A stretch of 64,000 bases of DNA, taken from contig CAYYXA010000068.1 of the NCBI GenBank assembly GCA_964475465.1, forward strand, positions 23,811-87,810, given 5' to 3'. Numbering within the stretch: the stretch's first letter is position 1; each line of letters begins with the position of its first letter. This DNA comes from an uncultured Brevinematales bacterium (lineage in GTDB: Bacteria > Spirochaetota > Brevinematia > DTOW01). Under the pieces are notes generated by a model. That model was not told the origin of the DNA. It was given only the letters and a program-made list of their open reading frames with translations, and ran no database searches. The position numbers were made by a program, and so were the translations under genes. Positions 10,553 to 20,184 of the stretch are shown piece by piece.

Positions 10553-12256
10553 CTAAAATTCCTTCAAGTACATCGGCTTTTCTAGTTTAGTATTGACTCC
10601 TCCCAAATCACCATCTGTAAGTAAGAATATTAAACCACTGAAGAATTTGTGAATTTTTACTAAAGCATCTATCACTTTCTCACCTTCAAATATGTTCTTT
10701 TCCTCTTCTATATCTTTAAGAGGCACCTTCTTAAATTCTATTTCTGTTTGGGGGTTGATGAGTATTTTTTGCTCAGTCTTATAATCAGAAAGAATTATTT
10801 CCAGAAGATTCTTCATTCTACCAAAAATCTCAACAGCATTCTTTCTTATTTCATATGAAAGCCTAGATCTCTCGATATTCCTATTGTTAAGTAGGCTAGC
10901 TTTACGAGATAATGGTACCATCGGATCAGATTCTATCGTTTTGCAATCCAAAACAACTTTGTAGTAGTCATTGATTTTCTCTCGTAAAGAAACGACGTTA
11001 ACATATACATCTTCAAATGATTTCTTTACGTCGAGTGTCCTAGCACCATCAAAAATAACAGAATACTTAGCCCTAGAGAATAAAACAGGGAAAATGTGCC
11101 TTTCGAAAAATTCTATAATTGCTTCAAGTATAAATACTTTATCATTCTCTTCTACCTCAAATTCATGTCTTCTTACATTCTTCTGCATCTCCCTAATCCC
11201 TATAGAGTTAATAAACTCCAAACTTTCATCCAGAAAATCTTCTTCCTTTTTCTTTACTTGCTCCTGAGACTCCCTTTTCTCCTCCTTCTCTTGCACCACT
11301 TCAGCAATCCCTTTCTTTTCCGTAAGGTAGCCAATATAATCTTCCTCAGTTACTCCCAAAAACTTCATCAAATACCCAGACGTTAACGGTAATTCCTTAC
11401 CAATAATCAAAGAAATAACCTTATAAATTCTTTCAAAGTAATAACCAAAAACAAAATTCCAAGACCTGAGAAACAGAGAACTCAAATTGTTTACCTCACC
11501 CTTCTGAAGATGCTGCGAAATAGATTTAATTGCTGCCTGAACAAAAAGCTTCGCTGACTCTTTAAATGGATAAAGCATCAACAGTTTTTTGAATATATAC
11601 GATAATTCTTCCTTTAACTCCTCAGGTTCAACACCTTCCCTAGTTTGAACTTCTATCTTATACAATCTTTCCAACTTGCCAAAGATATCCTCTCTATAAA
11701 TTTCTAACAACCTATACAAAACTTCAAATGCAAAAGGATGAATCGGATTAAGAGCTCTTTTAACAGTATTCGTTATGTTTGGATCTTTCGAAGTCATGAT
11801 ATACGATACTAACCTCAAATCGATCAAAGCATCTTTCAATATCTTTGCTGTATCCTCTATAAACTTCATTTTTAAATCTCCCGAGAAGAGCTTAATGAGA
11901 TTCGAAAAATAAGCATTTAAATACACTTTCACTCTGTCCAAAAACGTTATACTCACATTTTCTTCCTTAGGTCTCTGAACAAACTCTCTTTTCAATTGTC
12001 CTTGAGCTAACTGAATAGGCTTTTTGGTGGCCGGATGCTCAACCTTTCGCTTTTTTACAGTTGCAGAAGTCTTCTTTTCTTGAGATAAGACTCCTTGAGA
12101 ATCCGCTCTTTGCCTTAACTTTTGTTTCATCAATTCTCTCTCGCTTAGTACACGCCCTCCACTCCTTTGAAATTCCTTGAACAATTTCTCACGAGTTTCT
12201 TTATCAAGTTGGTAGATACCTATTTTCTCCTTTATCTTCTCCAAATCCTCACTCAC
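10553..12256 (-). CDS. Hypothetical all-alpha / coiled-coil cytoplasmic protein
   Basis: 567-aa ORF with strand-typical codon usage, highly charged, no signal peptide and no motif I recognise. Confidence 0.8.
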   Translation of the reverse strand: MSEDLEKIKEKIGIYQLDKETREKLFKEFQRSGGRVLSERELMKQKLRQRADSQGVLSQEKKTSATVKKRKVEHPATKKPIQLAQGQLKREFVQRPKEENVSITFLDRVKVYLNAYFSNLIKLFSGDLKMKFIEDTAKILKDALIDLRLVSYIMTSKDPNITNTVKRALNPIHPFAFEVLYRLLEIYREDIFGKLERLYKIEVQTREGVEPEELKEELSYIFKKLLMLYPFKESAKLFVQAAIKSISQHLQKGEVNNLSSLFLRSWNFVFGYYFERIYKVISLIIGKELPLTSGYLMKFLGVTEEDYIGYLTEKKGIAEVVQEKEEKRESQEQVKKKEEDFLDESLEFINSIGIREMQKNVRRHEFEVEENDKVFILEAIIEFFERHIFPVLFSRAKYSVIFDGARTLDVKKSFEDVYVNVVSLREKINDYYKVVLDCKTIESDPMVPLSRKASLLNNRNIERSRLSYEIRKNAVEIFGRMKNLLEIILSDYKTEQKILINPQTEIEFKKVPLKDIEEEKNIFEGEKVIDALVKIHKFFSGLIFLLTDGDLGGVNTKLEKPMYLKEF

Positions 12257-12648
12257 AAAAGAATTATGTTACTATCATATCTCATCTTTCAAAAGACTTA
12301 CTCACCAAAAAAATCGCCCCCAACTGAATGAATCCACAGATATACAACTCTTCTCTCATCAACACAAATCAAAAAATGTACCATTTAACCAAAAATGAAA
12401 ATTATACCCCACAAGCGAACAAATGTTATATACTTTAATATTAATTCAAAAATACACATTCTACCCTTTGAAACTAAATAAGCTATAAGCTAATAGATAA
12501 ATAAAAAACTGACTTCTAAGCACCTATATTCACAAAGTTACATTTTTGTATTATAGTACTACCTCCTAAAACTTTTATTTTCAGCAAAGTACCTTCAAGT
12601 TGAATTTTTTTATTTTCCTTCTTCACACTTTAATGATTGGAGGTGCTT

Positions 12649-13683
12649 ATGATAATAGTTCTGACCAGAGACGCAACTCAAGAAGACATAGACCACATAA
12701 TTAGCAAAGTTAAGGAGGTAGGGTTAGAGCCTCATGTATCTACAGGCGTCGAAAAAACAATCATAGGCGTTGTTGGAGACGATAACAAAATGATAAATGT
12801 TCCTGTTGAGAGTTTCAAAGGAGTAGAGCAAGTAATAAGAGTAACAAAACCTTACAAACTTGCAAGTAGAGATTTCCATCCACACAATACAATAATAGAC
12901 ATTGGCACTGTTAAAATAGGTTCAGAAGAATTAGCAATAATGGCAGGTCCTTGCAGCGTAGAAACCAGAGAGCAAATAACCTTAATAGCTAGAGAAGTAA
13001 AAAAATATGGTGCCAATGTGCTAAGAGGAGGAGCATTCAAACCAAGAACTTCTCCATATTCCTTCCAAGGTTTAGGTAAAGAAGGGCTTGAATTACTCAA
13101 ATATGCCAAGGATCAAACAGGTTTGCCAATAGTCACTGAAGTTCTAGATCCTAGGGATGTAGAGTTAGTTGAAGATTATGCAGATATACTTCAAATAGGT
13201 ACCAGAAATGCTCAAAATTTCCCTTTACTAAAGGAAGTTGGAAGAACGAGAAAACCAGTCTTACTAAAGAGAGGGCTAGCCATGCGAGTTGACGAATGGC
13301 TATTGTCAGCTGAATACATAATGTCGGGCGGAAACTATAACGTAATACTATGTGAGAGAGGTATAAGGACATTCGAAACTGCAACAAGGAACACTTTAGA
13401 TATCAATATAATACCAGTTCTAAAGGAAAGAACTCATCTACCAATAGTAATAGATCCCAGTCATGCAACAGGAAAAGCTAAATATGTGCCAAGTATGGCT
13501 CTAGCTGCAGTTGCAGCAGGAGCTGATGGGCTAATAATAGAAGTACACAATGATCCAGAAAACGCCTGGTCCGACGGTGATCAATCAATTACCCCAGAGC
13601 AGTTCAAGGATTTAATGATAAAAATACGGGAAATCGCAAAAATAGTAGGGAGGAAAATACCCGAACTATCAAATGTGTCATGA
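12649..13683 (+). CDS. aroF: 3-deoxy-7-phosphoheptulonate (DAHP) synthase, type I-beta with N-terminal regulatory domain
   Basis: [43 protein letters not shown] and DPSHATG. GGAGGTG Shine-Dalgarno (SD) precedes ATG 12649; the ORF-track TTG start lies within that SD. Confidence 0.95.
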   Translation: MIIVLTRDATQEDIDHIISKVKEVGLEPHVSTGVEKTIIGVVGDDNKMINVPVESFKGVEQVIRVTKPYKLASRDFHPHNTIIDIGTVKIGSEELAIMAGPCSVETREQITLIAREVKKYGANVLRGGAFKPRTSPYSFQGLGKEGLELLKYAKDQTGLPIVTEVLDPRDVELVEDYADILQIGTRNAQNFPLLKEVGRTRKPVLLKRGLAMRVDEWLLSAEYIMSGGNYNVILCERGIRTFETATRNTLDINIIPVLKERTHLPIVIDPSHATGKAKYVPSMALAAVAAGADGLIIEVHNDPENAWSDGDQSITPEQFKDLMIKIREIAKIVGRKIPELSNVS

Positions 13684-13907
13684 AAGATATACTTGTTATA
13701 TCACTCTCAACAATAGGATTCATTCTCGTTCTCCTAAACAGTGCTGTGCTTGTTTTATGTGGTATAATAATAGCGATATTTTCGGTTTTTTTGAGTCTTA
13801 TACTCAAAAGGGAGATAAGTTTAGTTACAAAAGTTTCATCCACGATATTGTCGAGCCTTTCGGTAATCATAGGCATAAGTTGGTTCATAATAGTAAAAGG
13901 CTTATGA
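13680..13907 (+). CDS. Small membrane protein (75 aa, 2-3 TM segments)
   Basis: Almost entirely hydrophobic; its ATG overlaps the aroF TGA (ATGA). Confidence 0.7.
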   Translation: MKDILVISLSTIGFILVLLNSAVLVLCGIIIAIFSVFLSLILKREISLVTKVSSTILSSLSVIIGISWFIIVKGL

Positions 13908-14014
13908 GGCAGAAATTGCTAAAATTAAGTAACGATAGATTAACACACGATTGGCTCAGATACTTTGTTGAGTTAACCAGCACAAAGAAAATTCCGTTAA
14001 TGAAAAATAAATGA
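13904..14014 (+). CDS. Putative 36-aa microprotein [36 protein letters not shown]
   Basis: ATGA overlap with the upstream stop (13904-13907) and with the downstream start (14011-14014); it fills the gap exactly. Confidence 0.5.
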   Translation: MRQKLLKLSNDRLTHDWLRYFVELTSTKKIPLMKNK

Positions 14015-14739
14015 AGATAGCTCTTTTTTCGGATGTACATGCAAACGTAGAAGCTTTAGAGGTTTTTGTCAACTCAACATACGGTAAAGTTGACATGTAT
14101 ATATGCCTCGGAGACATAATTGGTTATGGTCCAGATCCGTCAAAAGCCATATCCATAGTCAAAGCACTTTGCAGAGACGAATTCGCCATAAGAGGCAATC
14201 ATGAAAGGGGGGTACTCGACACATCCAAACTAAAAAGCTTCAACCCCATAGCAGCCGAAGCATTAATATGGACAATGAACAACTTATCACCATCAGATAT
14301 AGACTATTTGGCAAGCCTAAGCGATGTTATTGAGTTTGAAAATTTTCTCTTTGTACACGGCTCACCAAGATCAAGTGACGAGTACATTGTATCTTATAAG
14401 TCAGCTTTGGAAAATATTGAGTTAATAAAAAAGAAAAACAAAAAAATCTGTTTCTTCGGACACACTCATATTGCCGTAATCTGGAAGGAAGAAGGTGGTT
14501 TCATCCCCAAAGTCGATGAAGAAATAGAACTTGATATTAACGAATATTACCTCATAAATCCCGGAAGTATAGGCCAACCTAGAGACGGTGTCCCTCTAGG
14601 AAGCTACGCAATATTTGATGATCAGAAATATTCCGTTGTTTTCAAAAGATTTGAATATGATATCGATAAGGTATACAAGAAAATAGTCGAAAGAGGAATA
14701 CCAGAATACCTAGGCAGAAGGCTTTTTTACGGAGTCTAA
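14011..14739 (+). CDS. Metallophosphoesterase (calcineurin-like, MJ0936/YfcE superfamily)
   Basis: SDVHAN, CLGDIIGYGP, GNHE, HGSP, GHTH and NPGSIGQPRDG motifs. Confidence 0.9.
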   Translation: MKIALFSDVHANVEALEVFVNSTYGKVDMYICLGDIIGYGPDPSKAISIVKALCRDEFAIRGNHERGVLDTSKLKSFNPIAAEALIWTMNNLSPSDIDYLASLSDVIEFENFLFVHGSPRSSDEYIVSYKSALENIELIKKKNKKICFFGHTHIAVIWKEEGGFIPKVDEEIELDINEYYLINPGSIGQPRDGVPLGSYAIFDDQKYSVVFKRFEYDIDKVYKKIVERGIPEYLGRRLFYGV

Positions 14740-15926
14740 CTTTTCTTTCTCACCATTACTCTCTCTATTTTACCTTGTTTCACATCAACAATCCTAACGA
14801 CAAAATCATCAAAATCTATCTCTTCACCTATGTTAGGTATCCTACCCACTTTCTCAATTATAAGTCCAGAAATCGTATGATACGACTTCGAATCTTCATC
14901 AAGATCAAAGTATTCATTAAACTCCTCTATAGCTGTATCACCTTTTAAAACGTAGCTATCACCAACTTTCTCAACTTCGATATCGGAAAACAACTTAAGA
15001 AGTACAGTCCCCTTCTCTATCACTCCAATTATATTGCCATACTCATCAACCACAATAGCAACATTTAATCCTTTATACTTCATTTCCCTAAATAATTCGT
15101 AACTCCCTTTAGTTTCAGCAACAAACATAACAGGTTCCAAGTATTTCCAAACATCCTCTTTTCTATAAATAACGTACAGAAGCTTGGCCATCGATATACA
15201 ACCAACTACATTATTTCTCGAATCTTGGTAAACAACAGCATAGTTACTCTCTACCTTCAAATCTCTAAGCTTTTTCAGAATACTGCTTTGAGTTATATTT
15301 ACGGGAATACAAGGAAAGTCATTATATGGTACCATCAATTCCTTAACATCAGAATTAACTATGTTGGCTATTTTTTGTAACTTTGAGCCTCTGAGATTCC
15401 TTTTCAGTATCTCCGGTAATTTACTTGTATACGACTTTATACTCTTTCTAGGATTACTCAAAGTACGAGACAATGGATTTATTATCCCCTTATTCAACAA
15501 AAGTACAATAGGTTTTAAGAAAATACTTACGAAATAAATTATCTTCGAAACAGTAATAACCGATGCTTCAGCTAAAGAAAATAAGCCCACCTTTGGTAAA
15601 ACTTCACCAAAAAGAGTTAGAATAAGTGCTATCAAAATTGTTGAAACTATAGCAGAAGTGGTTATCCTCCAATCACTTATCAGGTTTTGAGCAAATATAG
15701 ATAAACTAACATTAAAAAGAAGATTCATGAAAAGTATGACAACCAATGTCTCTCTATGAGCCTTTAAAAGTTTTTTCAGATACCTTCCTTCTTTGCTCTT
15801 CCTAACTATCCTATAAAGTTTGATCTTGTCTACAGTAAAAATTGACAGCTCCGAGAACGAAAAGAAAATCGATCCCAAAAGAGAAAAAATACTTAACCCC
15901 AAATCCCAAACGCTACTTTCCCACAT
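14736..15926 (-). CDS. CNNM (DUF21)-CBS-CorC/HlyC family membrane protein, Mg2+/Co2+ transport-related
   Basis: FFSFSELSIF, LFGEVLPK, degenerate CBS pair, IVVDEYG and C-terminal YHTISGLI...IPNIGE. Confidence 0.85.
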   Translation of the reverse strand: MWESSVWDLGLSIFSLLGSIFFSFSELSIFTVDKIKLYRIVRKSKEGRYLKKLLKAHRETLVVILFMNLLFNVSLSIFAQNLISDWRITTSAIVSTILIALILTLFGEVLPKVGLFSLAEASVITVSKIIYFVSIFLKPIVLLLNKGIINPLSRTLSNPRKSIKSYTSKLPEILKRNLRGSKLQKIANIVNSDVKELMVPYNDFPCIPVNITQSSILKKLRDLKVESNYAVVYQDSRNNVVGCISMAKLLYVIYRKEDVWKYLEPVMFVAETKGSYELFREMKYKGLNVAIVVDEYGNIIGVIEKGTVLLKLFSDIEVEKVGDSYVLKGDTAIEEFNEYFDLDEDSKSYHTISGLIIEKVGRIPNIGEEIDFDDFVVRIVDVKQGKIERVMVRKKS

Positions 15927-15973
15927 TACTAGAATAATTTTGAGAAAAAAAACAGATCCTATTCAAGATACAT

Positions 15974-16684
15974 CTAAACTTTACTCAATCTCCTAAATAG
16001 CCCTACCTTTCCATTTTCCTCGATGAAGAATTTCCCATCTTTTATATAGGCCAGCTTATTAGAAAACTCCATAACATCCATGCGGTGAGTAACAAATATA
16101 ACCCCTACGTTCATTTCTTTATTTATCCTCTCAAGAAGTTTTACGATCTCAACCGCATTCTTCTCGTCTAAGTTAGCAGTAGGTTCATCAGCAAATATGT
16201 ATTTAGGATTCATAACCAAAGCTCTAGCAAGCGCAACCCTTTGCTTCTGCCCCCCTGAAAGAATCCTAACATCAGAGTTAACATACTCGTCCATACCTAC
16301 ATACCTCAATATCTCTTTAGCTCTATCTCTATACTTAGAGATACTAACACCTGCCAAATAAACAGGCATCAAAACGTTATCTAAGACCGAAATGCTCTCT
16401 ATTAACTCAAAAGTTTGAAAGACAAAACCTATATTCTTATTCCTAAACTTAGAAATAACGTGATCCTTGAAAAAAGAAGGTTTAACACCATCGTAAACTA
16501 TGTAGCCTTCCGAAGGGCTTTCTATACCTGCTATTATTTTAATTAAAGTAGTCTTACCACATCCAGACTCACCGGTTAAAGAAATGAAATCTCCTTCCTT
16601 CAAAACAAAATTAACTCCTTCAAAAAGAACTTTTTTTCTTCCATTAGTATAAAAGTATTTAGCTAAGCCAACTATTTCTATCAT
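15974..16684 (-). CDS. ABC transporter ATP-binding protein (LolD/FtsE/MacB-type)
   Basis: GESGCGKTT, GFVFQTFELI, LSGGQKQRVALARAL and ADEPTANLD. Confidence 0.9.
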   Translation of the reverse strand: MIEIVGLAKYFYTNGRKKVLFEGVNFVLKEGDFISLTGESGCGKTTLIKIIAGIESPSEGYIVYDGVKPSFFKDHVISKFRNKNIGFVFQTFELIESISVLDNVLMPVYLAGVSISKYRDRAKEILRYVGMDEYVNSDVRILSGGQKQRVALARALVMNPKYIFADEPTANLDEKNAVEIVKLLERINKEMNVGVIFVTHRMDVMEFSNKLAYIKDGKFFIEENGKVGLFRRLSKV

Positions 16685-16689
16685 TAAAT

Positions 16690-16905
16690 TTACTTTCTTA
16701 TACCCAATTCTTTTTCTCTCAGTATGGTTTTAAGAAGGGCTATCAACCTTCTAGTATTCCTTATCTTCATTGGGTTATCTGGCTGTTTAATAGACCTCTG
16801 GATAATCATGCTCTGATACTCTCTTTCGTATTTCTCTATCTCCTTCTTTAGTTCATCAACAGACATTGAAGCATAAATACTTTTGACTTTCTTAGAGAAA
16901 GCCAT
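16690..16905 (-). CDS. rpmC: 50S ribosomal protein L29
   Basis: Position after rplP; NPMKIRNTRRLIALLKTILRE matches the L29 C-terminal helix. Confidence 0.9.
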   Translation of the reverse strand: MAFSKKVKSIYASMSVDELKKEIEKYEREYQSMIIQRSIKQPDNPMKIRNTRRLIALLKTILREKELGIRK

Positions 16906-16915
16906 TTTACCCTCC

Positions 16916-17335
16916 TTAGAATATAGGATCCCTCTTTAGTAACCTAACTTTTATACCAATCTTTGCTGAAATCTTTCTAGCTAATTCCTTAGAAAACTCC
17001 TCATCAACACCTATCCACTCAAATAAAACCTTCCCTCTTTTAACAGGTGCTTCCCAATGATCAACATCAGCTTTACCTTTACCCATCCTCGTCTCCAAAG
17101 GTCTTTTGGTATACGACATATCTGGGAAAACTCTAATCCAATACTTGCCATTCTTCGGTACGTTTCTAGACAAAAGTATCCTTACAGTTTCTATTTGCCT
17201 ATCGGTAAGATATGTTGGCTCCTCTGCTATTACCCCATATTCGCCGAAAGCCAAAAAAGTATCAGTTGCAACTCCCTTAAGCTTGACAGTATGTGGCTTC
17301 CTAAATTTTGGATTTGCTGGACTTAACAAAGCCAT
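16916..17335 (-). CDS. rplP: 50S ribosomal protein L16
   Basis: KFRKPH, WIRVFPD and RMGKGK motifs. Confidence 0.97.
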   Translation of the reverse strand: MALLSPANPKFRKPHTVKLKGVATDTFLAFGEYGVIAEEPTYLTDRQIETVRILLSRNVPKNGKYWIRVFPDMSYTKRPLETRMGKGKADVDHWEAPVKRGKVLFEWIGVDEEFSKELARKISAKIGIKVRLLKRDPIF

Positions 17336-17347
17336 AAAATCACCTCC

Positions 17348-17974
17348 TTACTCATAAATCCAAACCTTTATACCAACAATTCCAACAGTACTATGTGCTT
17401 CAGCGAAACCATAACTAATTCTAGCTGTCAAAGTGCTCAAAGGCACAGTACCAAACTTTATCTCTTCTGACCTAGCAATATCGGCTCCCCCTAATCTTCC
17501 AGAACATCTTATCTTAACACCTTTCGCTCCCGCCTCGACAGCTCTCTGCAAAGCTCTTCTCATAGCCCTCTTATACGGCATCCTCATCTCTATTTGCTTA
17601 GCAATGCTTTCAGCAACAATCTGTGCATCCAACTCTGGCTTCTTAACTTCAACAACAGATATGTTCAACTCCTTATCCTGCAAGTTCAAATTCCTCTTTA
17701 TTTCCTCTTCTAACAACTTTATCTCTGTTCCTTTCTTACCTATTATGACACCAGGCTGAGAAGTATAAATTATCAAATCTATCCTAGAAGCAAACCTAGA
17801 AATTTCTATTTTAGAAATACCAGAAAACTTATACCTATCACTTATAAACTTCCTTATTTTGGCATCCTCTATGACATTATTCACTTGTTCCTGCCTACTC
17901 GATGCTATCCAATTTGACACCCACTTTTCAGAAATACCTAACCTTAAACCAAACGGATGAACCTTCTGCCCCAT
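17348..17974 (-). CDS. rpsC: 30S ribosomal protein S3
   Basis: MGQKVHPFGLRLGI, PGVIIGKKG, SGRLGGADIAR and GIVGIKVWIY. Confidence 0.98.
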   Translation of the reverse strand: MGQKVHPFGLRLGISEKWVSNWIASSRQEQVNNVIEDAKIRKFISDRYKFSGISKIEISRFASRIDLIIYTSQPGVIIGKKGTEIKLLEEEIKRNLNLQDKELNISVVEVKKPELDAQIVAESIAKQIEMRMPYKRAMRRALQRAVEAGAKGVKIRCSGRLGGADIARSEEIKFGTVPLSTLTARISYGFAEAHSTVGIVGIKVWIYE

Positions 17975-17982
17975 ACACCCTC

Positions 17983-18339
17983 CTAACCTTTAACAGAATT
18001 CAATTCATCAGAAACAACTACGTACAAACTACAAAATCTTCTTCTAATTATATCAGCACTACCCCTAGCCCTCGGCATAACCCTCTTAAGCGAAAAAGCT
18101 TGATTAACAGCTATGTCCTTGACGAAAACCTCACTCATCTTAGCCTTAGAACCTTTATTATTGACTAGATTGGCATAAGCGGACTTTAAAGCTTTAGCAA
18201 GATACTTTGCACCCTTGTGCGGCAAAGTGTCCAAATATTCCAAAACTAAATCAAGCCTCCTACCCCTAACAACATTTATGAACCTTATCATTTTCTTCTG
18301 TGAAATTTTCAGATACCTAGCTCTACAAATTGCTTCCAT
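17983..18339 (-). CDS. rplV: 50S ribosomal protein L22
   Basis: ISQKK..VRG, ALKSAYAN and LKRVMPRARG. Confidence 0.95.
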   Translation of the reverse strand: MEAICRARYLKISQKKMIRFINVVRGRRLDLVLEYLDTLPHKGAKYLAKALKSAYANLVNNKGSKAKMSEVFVKDIAVNQAFSLKRVMPRARGSADIIRRRFCSLYVVVSDELNSVKG

Positions 18340-18349
18340 AAATACCCCC

Positions 18350-18631
18350 CTATTTCCTCATCATTTCCGCTTTTTTACCACCATGAGCCCTGAAAGTTCT
18401 AGTTGGAGCAAACTCACCAAGCTTATGCCCAACCATCTGGTCCGTAATATAAACTGGCACAAATGTCTTACCATTATAAACAGAAATAGTAAGGCCAACC
18501 ATCTCTGGTATTATCGTAGATCTTCTAGACCATGTCTTTATAGGTGTCCTCTCTCTCTTCTCTAACATCTCCAAAACTTTCTTATATAAATGCTTGTCCA
18601 CAAACGGGCCTTTCTTAACCGATCTAGGCAT
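18350..18631 (-). CDS. rpsS: 30S ribosomal protein S19
   Basis: [22 protein letters not shown] and [13 protein letters not shown]; GGAGG SD. Confidence 0.98.
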   Translation of the reverse strand: MPRSVKKGPFVDKHLYKKVLEMLEKRERTPIKTWSRRSTIIPEMVGLTISVYNGKTFVPVYITDQMVGHKLGEFAPTRTFRAHGGKKAEMMRK

Positions 18632-18662
18632 ACAATAAAAACCTCCACTAAGGTTAAGGATT

Positions 18663-18692
18663 ATTTTAAATATGAATACAAATTCTTTTCAA
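18663..18692 (-). promoter_or_regulatory. Candidate sigma70 promoter for the rpsS block
   Basis: - strand TTGAAA-N18-TAAAAT, ending 31 nt upstream of the rpsS ATG. Confidence 0.4.
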
Positions 18693-18990
18693 GAAACGAA
18701 GATTTCCTGAAAAATTTAACCCTATTTTTCTCAACTACAAAGGTATCAACAATTACCTGCCTCATTAAAATCCCAAAAGAACCGCAACTCTCCTCACTCT
18801 CAAAGAATATCATCAAAAATTTAAGATCTCGAAGCTAATGTATAAAAATTACACATTCAGCGAAAATACTTCATTCCCATTAACAGCCTATAGTCCTATT
18901 AAGCATAAAGTACTACTAGCACAAAGATTTCTCCAATAAAACCTCCACAACTTTGCCTATAGTAAGGAGTTTTGTTAATATTACTAAAAC

Positions 18991-20184
18991 ATGACAAAAA
19001 AAGTATTCTTTAAAAAAGATAGTGTATCAATAATATTTAACGAAAACAGCGAAAACATATACTTCTCAGTATTTGACTACGAATTTAGGTTGATAACTTC
19101 GTTCAAAAATCCAAATCTTTATAGAAGAGGTTTCGACAATAGAGTTATACTGGGGAATATCTTTTCTAATGAAGCAATATTCCTACAAGAAAAAGAAGCC
19201 AATAAGGTACTGAGTAAAATCTACGAAGATTCAATAGAAGTTTTTTCTTCTAAAAACTTCCAGGTAGAAATGAAAGCCCAAACCGATGAAATAATTGACT
19301 ACTTTATTGAAAAAGCTCAAAACACAACCTTTGAGAATGTTATCTCAGATTCCCAAAACTTCAAAAAACTCTATAAACCCGTTAGTATAGTACCGCCAGA
19401 TCAATACTTAGCATTGTACATTCCAATAACCGAAGGATGCTCTTACAACAAATGTAGCTTTTGCAACCTATACAAAGACAGAACTTTCAGAATAAAAAAA
19501 CCTGAAGAAATCAATAACTTCTTGGACGATATAACAAGCTACTTCGGTAAAAGTTTGCTTACCCGAAAAGGTATATTCTTAGGTGAGGGTAATGTATTCG
19601 TTGAAAAAACAAACGACATAATCAGTGCCGTAAGAATCATAAAAAACAAACTTAGTCAGAACGACTACATAACATTTGAACTTGGAAACTCATTTTCTGG
19701 CTTCATGGACACATTCCACACCAAAAAAGAACTAGATGAACTAATACAACTAAAAAACGAAGGTATAAACAAAATTTTCATAGGGCTGGAAAGTGGCAAC
19801 GAAGAAATACTAGATAAGCTTCTTCAAAAACCTTTAAATACCTCTAATTTAATCACAACAGTAAACAACATAAAAAAAGCCGGAATAAATGTAGGAATTA
19901 CAGTATTAGTTGGAGTAGGCGGTAGGGAACTAGAAAAAAAACATATCGAAGACACAATACAAACACTTCTTGAACTAAGGCTAAATGAGAACGACATAAT
20001 ATACTTATCACCAATAGTAGAGTACCCAAATCTACCATATTCAACATTAATTAGCAAATTCGGTTTAACTAGGCTAAATAACGAGGAGATAAATGAACAA
20101 ATAAGAACATTCAAAGAATCTCTTTCACCAAGATTCCCAAAAACAAAAATAAGTATTTACAGAGTAGACAAGTTTGTATATTAG
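18991..20184 (+). CDS. Radical SAM protein with N-terminal extension, substrate unknown
   Basis: CxxxCxxC motif GCSYNKCSFCNLY, FLGEGN and IGLESG. Confidence 0.88.
   Translation: MTKKVFFKKDSVSIIFNENSENIYFSVFDYEFRLITSFKNPNLYRRGFDNRVILGNIFSNEAIFLQEKEANKVLSKIYEDSIEVFSSKNFQVEMKAQTDEIIDYFIEKAQNTTFENVISDSQNFKKLYKPVSIVPPDQYLALYIPITEGCSYNKCSFCNLYKDRTFRIKKPEEINNFLDDITSYFGKSLLTRKGIFLGEGNVFVEKTNDIISAVRIIKNKLSQNDYITFELGNSFSGFMDTFHTKKELDELIQLKNEGINKIFIGLESGNEEILDKLLQKPLNTSNLITTVNNIKKAGINVGITVLVGVGGRELEKKHIEDTIQTLLELRLNENDIIYLSPIVEYPNLPYSTLISKFGLTRLNNEEINEQIRTFKESLSPRFPKTKISIYRVDKFVY

Noticed and set aside
13673-13903. 113-aa ORF 13673-14014
   Set aside because: The first 77 codons overlap aroF and the 75-aa membrane gene; only the part from ATG 13904 is supported.
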